Shown piece by piece: positions 8,088-18,646 of a stretch of DNA of 32,000 nucleotides. Below the pieces are notes generated by a model. The model was not told where the DNA came from, searched no databases, and was given only the letters and a program-made list of their open reading frames with translations. The first letter of the stretch is position 1, and every line of letters begins with the position of its first letter. The stretch lies in the NCBI RefSeq assembly GCF_000010065.1, contig NC_006576.1, positions 2,490,001 through 2,522,000 on the forward strand. Direction: 5' to 3'. A program made the position numbers and the translations under genes. This DNA comes from Synechococcus elongatus PCC 6301 (GTDB taxonomy: Bacteria; Cyanobacteriota; Cyanobacteriia; Synechococcales; Synechococcaceae).

Positions 8088-9272
8088 ATGCGCTACCGAC
8101 GCTTTGGCCGAACCGAGCTTGCCATGCCCGTGTTTTCCTGTGGGGGCATGCGCTACCAGCAGTCTTGGAAAGATGTGGACTGGCCGGAGATCTCGGTTGA
8201 GAGTCAAGCCAACCTAGAAGCGACTCTGGCGCGATCGCTAGAGTTGGGCATCAATCATATTGAGACAGCCCGCTATTACGGCAGCTCAGAACGGCAGCTC
8301 GGTAAAGCCCTAGCCGCCTATCCGCGATCGGAGATTATTCTGCAAACGAAGGTCCCCCCCAGCGAAGATCCGGCGGAATTTCTAGAGACCTTCGATCGCA
8401 GCATGAGCTTGCTGCAGACTGATTACGTCGACCTGCTGAGCATTCACGGCGTCAATAACGCAGAACTGCTGGATTGGGCGCTGCGCAAGGGCGGCTCTTT
8501 AGATGTGGCGGAACGACTGCAAGCAGAAGGACGGGTTCGCCACATCGGCTTTTCGACCCATGCACCGCTGCCAGTGATCCTAGAGGCAATCGCTAGCGAT
8601 CGCCTTAGTTATATCAATCTGCACTGGTACTACATCTTCCAGACCAATCAAGCCGCGCTAGAAGCTGCCCAAAAACACGACATGGGTGTGTTCATCATCA
8701 GCCCCTCTGATAAGGGCGGACACCTCTACTCACCGCCGCAAAAACTGGTCGATCTCTGCGAGCCACTGCACCCCATGGTCTTCAATGACCTCTTTTGCCT
8801 CAGCCAGCCCCAAATCCATACCCTCAGCATTGGTGCGGCGCGGCCCAGTGATTTTGATCGCCACTTGGAAACCTTGCCCTTGCTTGACCAAGCGGATCAG
8901 GTATTGCCGCCAATCTTGGAGCGCCTCGAAGCAGCTGCCACTGCTGCACTGGGGCAAGACTGGCTGGACACCTGGATGGTTGGCTTGCCCACCCCTGACA
9001 CCACCCCGGGGGAAATTAATATCCCGACGATTGTCTGGCTTTACAATCTTGTGCAAGCTTTCGACATGGTCAAATACGCCAAAGCTCGCTACAACTTGCT
9101 TGGTAATGGTGGCCACTGGTTTCCGGGGCAAAGGGCAGGACAGTTTGATCCAGTTGCACTCTCCGCAGCCCTCGATCAAAGCCCTCATCGCGATCGCATT
9201 CTCCAAATTCTCAAGGAAATGGATGCTTGGTTGGGGGGTGAGTCTGTCGTTCGACTCTCCCAAAGCAGCTGA
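8088..9272 (+). CDS. Aldo/keto reductase family oxidoreductase
   Basis: MRYRRFGRTELAMPVFSCGGMRYQ...ELGINHIETARYYGSSERQLGKAL...TKVPPSEDP...TDYVDLLSIHG. This is the AKR TIM-barrel pattern. Confidence 0.85.
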   Translation: MRYRRFGRTELAMPVFSCGGMRYQQSWKDVDWPEISVESQANLEATLARSLELGINHIETARYYGSSERQLGKALAAYPRSEIILQTKVPPSEDPAEFLETFDRSMSLLQTDYVDLLSIHGVNNAELLDWALRKGGSLDVAERLQAEGRVRHIGFSTHAPLPVILEAIASDRLSYINLHWYYIFQTNQAALEAAQKHDMGVFIISPSDKGGHLYSPPQKLVDLCEPLHPMVFNDLFCLSQPQIHTLSIGAARPSDFDRHLETLPLLDQADQVLPPILERLEAAATAALGQDWLDTWMVGLPTPDTTPGEINIPTIVWLYNLVQAFDMVKYAKARYNLLGNGGHWFPGQRAGQFDPVALSAALDQSPHRDRILQILKEMDAWLGGESVVRLSQSS

Positions 9273-9487
9273 TCCTTAAGACGATCCCCTGCGCGATCGC
9301 CCAGACTTTAGGGAACTTTAAGGATACTTACAACGTCCTGCTAGGCAGTGAAGCTTTTAAGGGTGCCTAGTCATGTCAGCTTGCGCCACTACAGCCAAGA
9401 AGCTCATTCCGGTTTTCCCTACCTAGTCAGTCAAACTCATAACGATTATGATTTGGCCATATTGCTCTCCCTTCCCTCTTCACCACC

Positions 9488-10450
9488 ATGTCTACCTCCT
9501 CCGCTCAATACAGTCCTGATTTAGTCCGTGCTTACCTGCAAGAAATTGGCCGGGTGCGGCTGCTGACCGCTGAAGAAGAGTTGTGCTTTGGCCGACAGGT
9601 TCAGCGCCTGATGATGCTCTTGGATGCTCAAACCGAGCTGCGCGATCGCTTGGGGCATGAGCCTAGCAAAGAAGAATGGGCTGCTGCTGTTGACCTGAAT
9701 CTCGAAGATCTCGATCGCCAAATTGAGCAAGGTCAGCGGGCGAAACGCAAAATGATTGAGGCCAACCTGCGCCTCGTTGTTTCGATCGCCAAGAAATACC
9801 AGAAGCGTCACATGGAATTCTTGGATCTCATCCAAGAAGGCACACTGGGGCTGGAGCGTGGTTTCGAAAAATTCGATCCCTCCAAAGGCTACAAGTTCTC
9901 TACCTACGCCTACTGGTGGATTCGCCAAGCTATTACCCGTGCGATCGCCCAACAATCCCGCACGATTCGTCTGCCTATTCACATCACTGAAAAGCTGAAC
10001 AAGCTCAAAAAAACCCAGCGCGAACTCTCGCAGCAATTGGGCCGCAGTGCCACAGCTTCAGAGCTGGCAGAAGTGCTGGAGCTGCCACTGGAGCAGGTGC
10101 GGGAATACATCCAAATGAACCGCCAGCCAGTATCGCTCGATGTCAAAGTAGGTGACAGCCAAGACACTGAATTGCAGGAACTGCTGGAAGACGAGCAGTC
10201 TTCGCCCTCAGATTACGTGGAACAAGAATCGCTACGCCGCGATCTACGCAATTTAATGGCAGAACTGACCCCCCAGCAACAGGCCGTGATTGCCCTGCGC
10301 TACGGCTTGGATGAAGGTGACAGTCTGTCGTTGGCCAAAGTCGGCGAACGCCTGAATATCAGCCGCGAACGCGTGCGGAAACTAGAGCGCCAAGCCATGG
10401 ATCACCTACGTCGCCGCAGTCGTCTTCTGGCGGAATACGCAGCTAGCTAG
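9488..10450 (+). CDS. rpoD2: RNA polymerase sigma factor, RpoD/SigA-like group 2 (cyanobacterial; probably RpoD2)
   Basis: DLVRAYLQEIGRVRLLTAEEELCFGRQVQ, LVVSIAKKYQKRHMEFLDLIQEGTLGLERGFEKFDPSKGYKFSTYAYWWIRQAITRAIAQQSRTIRLPIHI and a region 4.2 HTH (LSLAKVGERLNISRERVRKLERQAMDHLR) identify the sigma family. The rpoD2 assignment is inferred from S. elongatus gene context. Confidence 0.9.
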   Translation: MSTSSAQYSPDLVRAYLQEIGRVRLLTAEEELCFGRQVQRLMMLLDAQTELRDRLGHEPSKEEWAAAVDLNLEDLDRQIEQGQRAKRKMIEANLRLVVSIAKKYQKRHMEFLDLIQEGTLGLERGFEKFDPSKGYKFSTYAYWWIRQAITRAIAQQSRTIRLPIHITEKLNKLKKTQRELSQQLGRSATASELAEVLELPLEQVREYIQMNRQPVSLDVKVGDSQDTELQELLEDEQSSPSDYVEQESLRRDLRNLMAELTPQQQAVIALRYGLDEGDSLSLAKVGERLNISRERVRKLERQAMDHLRRRSRLLAEYAAS

Positions 10451-10515
10451 GTTGTGGTGAGGGCGTGGCTCAACGACTGTCGCCGGCTGAGCCTGCTGGA
10501 ATCAAGACTCTGACT

Positions 10516-10547
10516 GCCCGAGGTTCACTCCCCTCGGGCTTTGTTTT
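10516..10547 (+). terminator. Rho-independent terminator downstream of the sigma factor gene
   Basis: GCCCGAGG (10516-10523), 8-nt loop TTCACTCC, CCTCGGGC (10532-10539), then TTTGTTTT. Perfect 8-bp GC-rich stem followed by a T-tract. Confidence 0.85.
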
Positions 10548-10656
10548 GGGGGAGTGATGGCGATGATTAGCAACTTGCATGTTCAGGTTTTGTCACAACC
10601 GCAAACTGGGATGGTTTAATGGGCTCAAGCTTGCAAAAAGTAGCAAATAATACAAA

Positions 10657-11202
10657 ATGGCACCGCGATCGCTCAGACGGCTGCATTGGCATTGGGAGCA
10701 ACAACGATCGCAATCAGACCTGATTCAGCCCCGCTACTCTCGGCAACAAGTGCTGGCATCTTGGCTCGGAGCCCTCGTCGGTATTGGTCTTTTGGGCTGG
10801 TTGACCCAAGCGAGTGGCTACCCTTTGGTAGCAGCTCCCATGGGTGCGACCTCGGTGTTGCTGTTCGGCTTACCCAATAGTCCTTTGGCGCAGCCGCGCA
10901 ATGTCATTTTGGGCAATGGGCTCGGTGCTCTAATTGCTGTTCTGTGTGTGTTGCTCTTGGGTGCTAACCCTTGGAGCATGGGCTTTGCTGTCGGTGTCAC
11001 GATCGCTCTCACCCAATTGTTGCGCTGTGTCCATCCTCCGGCGGGTGCAGTTGCTCTCCTCGGAGTGATTGTCAAAGCGAAGTGGGCTTACATCCTGCTG
11101 CCTGTTTTGAGCGGATCGATTCTCCTGTGCGTGATTACGGCGCTCTATAGTCGCTGGGCACCCGATCGCCATCATCGCCGCTATCCTGTGCACTGGCTCT
11201 AG
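10657..11202 (+). CDS. HPP-family integral membrane protein
   Basis: Contains YPLVAAPMGATSVLLFGLPNSPLAQPRNVILGNGLGALIAV and QLLRCVHPPAGAVALLGVI. The HPPAG motif and PxGA...PLAQPRNxxxG pattern define the HPP family. Confidence 0.87.
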   Translation: MAPRSLRRLHWHWEQQRSQSDLIQPRYSRQQVLASWLGALVGIGLLGWLTQASGYPLVAAPMGATSVLLFGLPNSPLAQPRNVILGNGLGALIAVLCVLLLGANPWSMGFAVGVTIALTQLLRCVHPPAGAVALLGVIVKAKWAYILLPVLSGSILLCVITALYSRWAPDRHHRRYPVHWL

Positions 11203-11216
11203 CTAATCGACGTTCT

Positions 11217-11627
11217 TTAATCGGCAGTGATCTGCAACCAGTCCTGAAGTCGTTCGGGCAAGGGCGATCGCTGTCTTGTTTGGCTTTCTAGGCAAAGGTG
11301 AATGGTTTGGGCTGTGGCCACTGGCTGATGGTTGTGGCTGAGACGATAATCAACCCGAAAGCGATCGCGACCCAAAGCGGTAGCCTGTAACTCAATCTCT
11401 AGGCGATCGCCACAGTAGGTCGGACGTTGGTAGTCGATTTCGGCGTGCACAATTGGGAGGATGACCGATCCGCGATCGCTAAAGAAGCTACGAAGCTCAA
11501 TCCCTAGTGCTGCGATCGCGGCTTCGTAGGCTTCGTGGCAAATCGACAGCAGTTGGGCAAAGTAGACCACGCCTGCAGCATCCGTATCTCCAAAGCGAAT
11601 CACGCGTTGAAACTGATAGTCTGCCAC
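11217..11627 (-). CDS. Hot-dog fold thioesterase, likely 1,4-dihydroxy-2-naphthoyl-CoA hydrolase
   Basis: MADYQFQRVIRFGDTDAAGVVYFAQLLSICHEAYEAAI contains the 4-HBT active-site signature DxDAxGVVYF. It resembles cyanobacterial DHNA-CoA thioesterases. Confidence 0.8.
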   Translation of the reverse strand: MADYQFQRVIRFGDTDAAGVVYFAQLLSICHEAYEAAIAALGIELRSFFSDRGSVILPIVHAEIDYQRPTYCGDRLEIELQATALGRDRFRVDYRLSHNHQPVATAQTIHLCLESQTRQRSPLPERLQDWLQITAD

Positions 11628-11773
11628 GGCTCTAGCCTCTGCCAGTTAGTGATAGCAGCCATTGTTTTAGTCGCGACAGGCTCAAGGGAAGAAACAAGAG
11701 GCTTAAGCCCCTTGTCCTAACCCGCTCTGTCGCTACCCTTGTCAGACAGCGAAGAATCGCAGCCAAGCCGTTG

Positions 11774-12958
11774 TTAGCGATCGACGGAACCCATAATCAC
11801 GTCGATACTGCCGAGAATCGCCATAATGTCAGCGACTTTCACGCCTTGCAGCAACTGCGGCAAGATCTGCAGATTGTTGAAGTCAGGGGCGCGGATTTTG
11901 AAGCGCCACGGGCAGATGTCATCCGCCCCTTGGATAAAGACGCCCAGTTCCCCTTTGCCACTTTCCAGACGCACATAGTGCTCGCCTGCTGGAATCTTGA
12001 AGGTCGGCGCGACTTTTTTGCTGACGTACTGGTAGTCAGGGCCGTACCATTCCGACTTCTTGCCCTCGGCCATTCGCCGCGCTTCGAGATTCTCGTAGGG
12101 GCCGCCGGGAATTCCAGCGCAAGCCTGACGGATGATCTTCAGCGACTCGCGCATCTCTTGAACGCGCACCCGGTAGCGGGCAAAGCAATCACCCTCCTCC
12201 GCGGTGATCACGTCCCAATCAAAGTCGTCGTAGCACTCGTAATGATCGACACGGCGTAGATCCCACTTGACGCCGGAGCCGCGCAGCATTGGGCCGGACA
12301 GACTCCAGTTCAGCGCTTCTTCCCGGCTAATCACGCCAATACCTTCAACCCGCCGACGGAAGATTGGGTTATCGGTAATCAGCCGTTCGTACTCATCCAC
12401 CTTGGCTTGGAAGTAATCGCAGAAATCGATGCACTTTTCGAGCCAACCGTAGGGTAGGTCAGCAGCAACCCCACCAATGCGGAAGTAGTTGTTGTTGATT
12501 AAGCGCTGACCTGTGGCAGCTTCCCAGAGATCGTAGATTAGTTCCCGCTCGCGGAAGATATAGAAGAACGGCGTTTGAGCGCCGACGTCCGCCAAGAAGG
12601 GGCCTAACCAGAGCAAGTGGTTGGCAATCCGGTTTAGCTCCAGCATGATCACCCGGATGTAGCTCGCCCGCTTAGGAACGGGAATATTGGCGAGCTTTTC
12701 GGGGGCATTGACCGTGATGGCTTCGTTGAACATGCCCGCCGCATAGTCCCAGCGGCTGACGTAGGGCACGAACATCACATTGGAGCGGTTCTCAGCAATT
12801 TTCTCCATGCCGCGATGGAGATAGCCAATGACTGGCTCACAGTCGATGACGTTTTCGCCATCCAGCGTGACAATCAAGCGTAAAACCCCGTGCATTGACG
12901 GGTGATGCGGGCCCATGTTGAGCACCATTGGCTCGGTGCGGGTCTCCAGCAAAGCCAT
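11774..12958 (-). CDS. ndhH: NAD(P)H-quinone oxidoreductase subunit H (NDH-1)
   Basis: [58 protein letters not shown]...[17 protein letters not shown] is unmistakable NdhH/49-kDa subunit. The internal start at 12958 is preferred over the one at 12982. Confidence 0.97.
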
Positions 12959-13154
12959 GCGGCGATCGCTCCTAATCGTCACTTCTCTGAATTATAGGTG
13001 GCGAGCTGATTGGCTCTGCTTTCAGCCAACTGAAATTCAGCCCTAATAGCATTTGGATTCCTGAACCTAGGGATTGAAAATCCGTCATTTCACCCTAATC
13101 GGGGCCTGATGGATTGATCGAATCTTGGCTCCTGGGGTGTTCTCTCTTGGCCAC

Positions 13155-13180
13155 AAAAAAGCCTCCCGTTATGGGAGGCT
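13155..13180 (-). terminator. Rho-independent terminator downstream of gap2
   Basis: On the minus strand: AGCCTCCC ATAAC GGGAGGCT followed by a T-tract (plus strand AAAAAA at 13155-13160). 8-bp stem with a 5-nt loop. Confidence 0.88.
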
Positions 13181-13216
13181 ATCTTGACTAGAAATTAAGA
13201 GGGTTTGAACAAAGTC

Positions 13217-14236
13217 CTAAGCGGCCCATTTGCGAGCGGCCAGTTCAGCCAAGTCGACAACTCGTTGGCTGTAGCCCCACTCGTTGTCGTACCAAGCAAT
13301 TACTTTGACGAGATCGCCATCCATTACCAAGGTCAGGCTGGAGTCAACGATCGAAGACTCGTCAGTACCCCGGAAGTCGGAAGAGACCAAGGGCAGATCC
13401 GAGTACTTGATGATGCCCTTCATCGTCGTTTGAGAAGCTTTTTGCAGGACTTCATTGACCTGCTCAGTGATCGTCGGTTTCTCGACTTGAACCACCAAGT
13501 CAACGACAGACACGTTTGGCGTAGGAACGCGCAGCGCAATCCCGTTTAGTTTGCCTTTCAGCTCGGGGATCACCAAAGCAACGGCTTTAGCAGCGCCGGT
13601 CGTGGTGGGAACGATGTTAACGGCTGCAGCCCGAGCCCGACGTAGATCACGGTGGCTGGCGTCCAAGATGCGCTGGTCCAGCGTGTAGCTGTGGGTGGTG
13701 GTCATCGTGCCTTTGATGATGCCAAAGTTGTCATGCAGAACTTTGGCGACCGGTGCTAAGCAGTTGGTGGTGCAGCTTGCATTGCTGATGACTGCGAAGT
13801 CTTCGTGGCGGTATTCCGAATCGTTGACACCGATGACGTAGGTGCCGACACCTTCGCCTTTACCAGGAGCCGTGATCGGAACTTTCTTGGCCCCGGCTTG
13901 GATGTGCTTGGATGCGCCTTCAGCGGTGACGAACACACCTGTAGATTCAATGACGAGATCGATATCCCACTCTTTCCAAGGCAGGTTGAGGGGGTTGCGA
14001 TCGCAGACGATTTTCATCGTCTTGCCGTTGACGGTGATCGAATTTTCGTCGTAGCTGATGTCGGCGTTGAACCGGCCGAGAACAGAGTCGTACTCCAGCA
14101 GGTGAGCAGCCGTCCGTGCATCCGAGGTGTTGTTAATGGCCACAACCTCTAGATCGGTGTTCTGCCGTCCAAACCAGCAACGGAGAAAATTCCGGCCAAT
14201 ACGGCCAAAGCCATTGATCGCAACTCGAATCGTCAC
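13217..14236 (-). CDS. gap2: Glyceraldehyde-3-phosphate dehydrogenase (photosynthetic, Gap2 type)
   Basis: [54 protein letters not shown] and the active site [24 protein letters not shown] GapA/B-like plant-type sequence. Confidence 0.96.
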   Translation of the reverse strand: MTIRVAINGFGRIGRNFLRCWFGRQNTDLEVVAINNTSDARTAAHLLEYDSVLGRFNADISYDENSITVNGKTMKIVCDRNPLNLPWKEWDIDLVIESTGVFVTAEGASKHIQAGAKKVPITAPGKGEGVGTYVIGVNDSEYRHEDFAVISNASCTTNCLAPVAKVLHDNFGIIKGTMTTTHSYTLDQRILDASHRDLRRARAAAVNIVPTTTGAAKAVALVIPELKGKLNGIALRVPTPNVSVVDLVVQVEKPTITEQVNEVLQKASQTTMKGIIKYSDLPLVSSDFRGTDESSIVDSSLTLVMDGDLVKVIAWYDNEWGYSQRVVDLAELAARKWAA

Positions 14237-14514
14237 TGCCCTATACCCTCGTACGTGCGTTCAGGTGTAAATACCTATTAAGCTTCATGATCATACTGCA
14301 TTGAGACTCGCTCTTTCTGCTCGATCGTGGGGAAGAATGCTAAGCTAAGCCGCCGCCTGTGGTGGCATGAGGGTGGAACCACGATCAGATCTGTCCTCCC
14401 CGATTAGCTTGGGGAAAACAGTAAAAACGTGGGTTCAGATCACGGCTTGTTTGTCAGAGCTTGCTATGATATCGCCGGATTTGAGTCCCTTGGTGTGGAC
14501 GTGAGGGTTGACGG

Positions 14515-15951
14515 ATGACGATCGCGGTAGACCTACAGGGGCGCCCCTTTCACTTCATCGGAATCGGGGGCATTGGCATGTCGGCTCTTGCTCAAGTGGT
14601 GACCGAACGACAACTGCCAGTTTCTGGCTCTGATATTCGCCGCAGTCACATCACCGATCGCCTCGCCCAGTTGGGCGCTCAGATCTTCGATCGCCAGGCA
14701 GCCACCAACCTAGAGTTTTTTCAGGAAGCGGTTTCGGCAGGCCAGTCGCCCCAGGTGATTTGTTCAACGGCCATCCACGCCCATAACGAGGAGTATCAGG
14801 CAGCAATCGATCTGGGCTGTCCGGTCTTCCACCGCTCTGATTTATTGGCAGCACTACTGCGGGTTTACGAGAGCATTGCGGTTGCCGGTACCCACGGCAA
14901 AACAACCACCAGCGGTTTGATTGCCTATCTGCTCTACCAAGCCGGACTGGATCCGACCGTCGTCATTGGCGGCGAAGTCAACGCTTTGGGGGGTAATGCT
15001 CGCTTGGGCCAAGGCCGTCATCTAGTCGCTGAAGCTGACGAATCGGATGGTTCTCTGGTCAAGCTGCAAGCCGCGATCGGGATCATTACGAACATTGAGC
15101 TCGATCACCCGGATCACTACTGCGATCTGGAAGCGGTGATCAGTACTTTTAAGACTTTTTCGGACAATTGTTCCCAACTGATTGCCAATTGGGACTGCCC
15201 TACCGTTCGCGATCGCCTGCCCGGCACGATTAGCTACAGCCTCGACCCTGCCCGGGGTGCAGACTACACCGTCGATCAAGTCAGCTTTCGGGGGAGTGGC
15301 ACCCAAGCACGGATTTGGGAGCGAGGTGAACTATTGGGACGGATTCACCTGCCGCTGCTGGAAGCGCATAACCTCAGTAATGCTCTGGCTGCGATCGCGG
15401 CTTGCCGCCATCTCGGAATGGACTTTGCCAGCATTCGCGAAGGGCTAGCAGGTTTTGAAGGGGCACGGCGTCGCTTTGAGTTCCGGGGATCGGCCCAAGG
15501 CATCCAGTTTGTTGATGACTATGCCCACCACCCCAGTGAACTGGCAGCAACCCTAGCGGCAGCGCGGTTGCAGATCGATTCGGGCTGTAGTCGGCTGCCC
15601 GAAGTGCCCAAGCGCTTGGTGGCTATTTTTCAACCCCATCGCTATAGCCGCACCCAAGCATTTTTGGCCGAGTTTGCCCAGAGTTTTGGCCCAGCTGACC
15701 TCGTGCTAATCAGTGATATCTATGCAGCGGGTGAGCGCAATCCGGGGCAGTTGAGCGGTCAAACTCTCGCCGATGCGATCGCTCAGTACCAGGCCAATGT
15801 GCACTATGCACCGGATCTGGAAGCTGTGGAGCAACGGCTGCATCAACTGCTGCAACCTGGTGATTTGGCCCTCTTTCTGGGTGCAGGCAACCTCAATCAA
15901 GTGATCCCGAGATTGCTGGACCATTACGCTTGCGATCGCTCGGCAGCCTGA
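14515..15951 (+). CDS. murC: UDP-N-acetylmuramate--L-alanine ligase
   Basis: FHFIGIGGIGMSALAQVVTERQLPVSGSDIRRS...VAGTHGKTTTSGLIAYLL...VAEADESDGSL...VDDYAHHPSEL. Classic MurC motifs. Confidence 0.97.
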   Translation: MTIAVDLQGRPFHFIGIGGIGMSALAQVVTERQLPVSGSDIRRSHITDRLAQLGAQIFDRQAATNLEFFQEAVSAGQSPQVICSTAIHAHNEEYQAAIDLGCPVFHRSDLLAALLRVYESIAVAGTHGKTTTSGLIAYLLYQAGLDPTVVIGGEVNALGGNARLGQGRHLVAEADESDGSLVKLQAAIGIITNIELDHPDHYCDLEAVISTFKTFSDNCSQLIANWDCPTVRDRLPGTISYSLDPARGADYTVDQVSFRGSGTQARIWERGELLGRIHLPLLEAHNLSNALAAIAACRHLGMDFASIREGLAGFEGARRRFEFRGSAQGIQFVDDYAHHPSELAATLAAARLQIDSGCSRLPEVPKRLVAIFQPHRYSRTQAFLAEFAQSFGPADLVLISDIYAAGERNPGQLSGQTLADAIAQYQANVHYAPDLEAVEQRLHQLLQPGDLALFLGAGNLNQVIPRLLDHYACDRSAA

Positions 15952-15961
15952 GGGCGCGATC

Positions 15962-16867
15962 GTGACTGGCGCGGTTTCGCTGCTAGAGACCCTGCAGCAA
16001 GCGGTCCCCTTGGCTGGGTTCACCTCTTTCCGAGTGGGGGGCCTGGCTCAGTTCTATGACGAGCCTGCTTCGGTTGAGGCGATCGCGACAGCTTGGCAGT
16101 GGGCAAGATTGGCGGACTTCCCAGTCACCTTTTTGGGGGCTGGTTCCAATCTGTTGATCAGCGATCGCGGGTTGCCGGGACTCGTGCTGAATCTGCGGCG
16201 ACTACAGGGCGCGACCTTTGATCTGGCGACCGGCTGCGTTGAGGTTGCTGCGGGAGAGCCGATTCCCCGTCTCGCTTGGGCCGCTGCTCGTCAAGGCTGG
16301 TCGGGTTTGGAATGGGCGGTAGGGATTCCCGGCACTTTGGGCGGGGCTGTCGTTATGAATGCCGGGGCGCAGGGTGGTTGTATGGCCGATATCCTCCAAT
16401 CCGTCCAGGTGATCACGGATCAAGGCCTTGAAACTTGGTCACGCGAGCAATTGCAGTACGACTATCGCCATTCAGTGTTGCAAACAGGTCATGCCTGTGT
16501 GGTTTCGGCCCAATTGCAGTTGCAGCCAGGCTTTGAGCGATCGCAGGTGCTGACGACTACCAGCACGAACTTCCGCCAGCGCAAGCGCACTCAGCCCTAC
16601 CATTTGCCCAATTGTGGCAGTGTCTTTCGCAATCCTGAGCCTCAGAAAGCGGGACAACTAATTGAAGCTTGTGGATTGAAAGGCTATCAAATTGGCGATG
16701 CGCAGGTCTCAGAATTACATGCCAATTTCATTCTGAATTGTGGTGCGGCGCGGGCTCAAGATATCTTGAGTTTAATTCGCCATGTTCAGGGAACTGTCGG
16801 CGATCACTTTGGTGTGAACTTGCATCCCGAAGTGAAATTGCTGGGTGAGTTTCAGGACGTTATCTGA
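15962..16867 (+). CDS. murB: UDP-N-acetylenolpyruvoylglucosamine reductase
   Basis: [12 protein letters not shown]...[23 protein letters not shown]...[16 protein letters not shown]...NCGSVFRNP...[30 protein letters not shown] start 10 bp after the murC stop. Confidence 0.96.
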   Translation: MTGAVSLLETLQQAVPLAGFTSFRVGGLAQFYDEPASVEAIATAWQWARLADFPVTFLGAGSNLLISDRGLPGLVLNLRRLQGATFDLATGCVEVAAGEPIPRLAWAAARQGWSGLEWAVGIPGTLGGAVVMNAGAQGGCMADILQSVQVITDQGLETWSREQLQYDYRHSVLQTGHACVVSAQLQLQPGFERSQVLTTTSTNFRQRKRTQPYHLPNCGSVFRNPEPQKAGQLIEACGLKGYQIGDAQVSELHANFILNCGAARAQDILSLIRHVQGTVGDHFGVNLHPEVKLLGEFQDVI

Positions 16868-16907
16868 CTCGAATCGCGATCGCTCAACTCCTCTCGCTCT
16901 ATTGCGC

Positions 16908-17333
16908 TCAAGTTTGGGGAATGGTTGCAATTAACGGACAGATTTCTGACTTCGTTACCGTTTGAGGGGTGGGCGTCTGCTGCCAGCGATCGCGATAGGA
17001 TTCGAGCTGCGCCTTAAAGGTCTGAATCTGCTGGAGCTTCTCTTCTAGGGTGGCGATCTTTTGATTGAGCAATGTCTGCACGAGGCTGCAGGGAGGCGTG
17101 CCTTCGGCATAGACCGTTAAAATCTGCCGAATTTCCTCCAGCGAAAATCCTAAAGTCTGTGCCTGACGAATAAATTGCAGCTGCTGAATGGTTTGGGGCT
17201 TGTAATAGCGATAGCCATTTTCACCCCGCGTGCTGGGTTGAATCAGTTGCAGAGTTTCGTAATAGCGAATCGTGCCAACGGCGACACCGACTTGTTTGGC
17301 AATTTCACCAATTTTGAGCAGTGTAGCGGTCAA
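16908..17333 (-). CDS. MerR-family transcriptional regulator (possibly metal-responsive)
   Basis: LLKIGEIAKQVGVAVGTIRYYETLQLIQPSTRGENGYRYYKPQTIQQLQFIRQAQTLGFSLEEIRQIL is a MerR HTH and N-domain. Cysteines in TPPCSLVQ and SEICPLI lie where metal-sensing members carry ligands. Confidence 0.85.
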   Translation of the reverse strand: MTATLLKIGEIAKQVGVAVGTIRYYETLQLIQPSTRGENGYRYYKPQTIQQLQFIRQAQTLGFSLEEIRQILTVYAEGTPPCSLVQTLLNQKIATLEEKLQQIQTFKAQLESYRDRWQQTPTPQTVTKSEICPLIATIPQT

Positions 17334-17377
17334 TGCTAGGAGTCCTTGAACAACAGCATAAGAAGCGATTGTAAGCG

Positions 17378-18637
17378 CTAGCTGAAAATCGCTCCAAAGA
17401 ACTCAACGGCTTCCTTGAGAGACTCGATCAGACGATCGATCTCGTCAGTCGTATTGTAGAAATAACAACTAGCCCGCGCCGTTGATTGGACTTGTAATTC
17501 ACGGTGCAGTGGCTGAGTGCAGTGATGCCCGGCTCGAATCGCAATGCCTGACTGGTCGAGGATGGTCGAGAGATCGTGGGGATGGACTGCACCGGCGGTA
17601 AAGGCGGCGAGGGCAGCGCGATCGCGATCTTGCTCCGGCGTAGGTCCGTAGACGGTCAGCTCAGGAATTTCTGCCAGCCGTTGGAAGAGGTGTTGGGTTA
17701 GCTGCTGTTCGTAGGCGTGAATGCGATCCATGCCGATCGCGGTTAGATAATCAATCGCCGCGCCCAATGCGATCGCTTCTCCAATTGCCGGTGTTCCTGC
17801 TTCGAATTTGTGAGGAAGATCGGCGTAAGTTGCGTGATCAAGGAAGACATCGGCGATCATTTCACCACCGCCGAGGAAGGGCGGCATTTGACGCAACAGG
17901 TCGAGCTTGCCGTAGAGGAAACCAATGCCCGTCGGTGCACACATTTTGTGGCCAGAGCCAACCAGCCAATCGCAATCGATCGCCTGAACATCGATCGCCT
18001 GGTGGGGAAGACTTTGGCAGGCATCAATCAACACCCGCGCACCCTTGGCATGGGCGAGCTGACAAATTTCCGTGACCGGATTGCAGCAACCTAGCGTATT
18101 AGAAACATGGACGACCGACACCAGTTTGGTGCGATCGCTGAGGAGGCTACGGAACTGCTCGAGGTCGAACTGACCGGTCTCAGTCACCCCGACGAATTTC
18201 AGCGCCGCTCCTGTTTTCGCTGCCACAAACTGCCAAGGGATTAGGTTGCTGTGGTGCTCCATCGCCGAGAGGATGATCTCATCACCGGCTTGGAGAAAGT
18301 TCATGCCGAAGCTGTAGGCGACGAGGTTGATCGCCTCGCTGGCATTGCGGGTGTAGACAATCTCCTGTTCCGTCTTGGCGTTGATGAACCGCGCCACCTT
18401 TTGCCGTGCCCCTTCGTAGGCATCCGTTGCCTTGCCGCTCAGGGTGTGGACGCCGCGATGGACGTTGCTGTTGTAGCCCTCGTAGTAATCGACGAGGGAC
18501 TGGATCACCGCTCTCGGTTTTTGCGAAGTGGCCGCATTGTCGAGATAGACCAAGGGCTGACCGTTGACCTGCTGCTGCAGGATCGGAAAGTCGGCACGAA
18601 CCTCAGTCGCAAGATTGGTCAGGGCGATCGCAGTCAT
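17378..18637 (-). CDS. sufS: SufS-type cysteine desulfurase
   Basis: [57 protein letters not shown]...[22 protein letters not shown]...[20 protein letters not shown]. Confidence 0.97.
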   Translation of the reverse strand: MTAIALTNLATEVRADFPILQQQVNGQPLVYLDNAATSQKPRAVIQSLVDYYEGYNSNVHRGVHTLSGKATDAYEGARQKVARFINAKTEQEIVYTRNASEAINLVAYSFGMNFLQAGDEIILSAMEHHSNLIPWQFVAAKTGAALKFVGVTETGQFDLEQFRSLLSDRTKLVSVVHVSNTLGCCNPVTEICQLAHAKGARVLIDACQSLPHQAIDVQAIDCDWLVGSGHKMCAPTGIGFLYGKLDLLRQMPPFLGGGEMIADVFLDHATYADLPHKFEAGTPAIGEAIALGAAIDYLTAIGMDRIHAYEQQLTQHLFQRLAEIPELTVYGPTPEQDRDRAALAAFTAGAVHPHDLSTILDQSGIAIRAGHHCTQPLHRELQVQSTARASCYFYNTTDEIDRLIESLKEAVEFFGAIFS

Positions 18638-18646
18638 GGTTCAGCT

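Noticed and set aside
8730-9263. Minus-strand ORF of 177 aa within the aldo/keto reductase gene
   Set aside because: Antisense to a well-supported CDS with no recognisable domain; treated as a shadow ORF.
9521-10036. Minus-strand ORF of 171 aa within the sigma factor gene
   Set aside because: Opposite a highly conserved sigma factor and explained by codon bias of the sense gene.
11690-11715. Imperfect inverted repeat around ACAAGAGGCTTAAGCCCCTTGT between the thioesterase and ndhH genes
   Set aside because: A short imperfect stem with no clear T-tract on either strand. It could be a weak structure but is not supported as a terminator.
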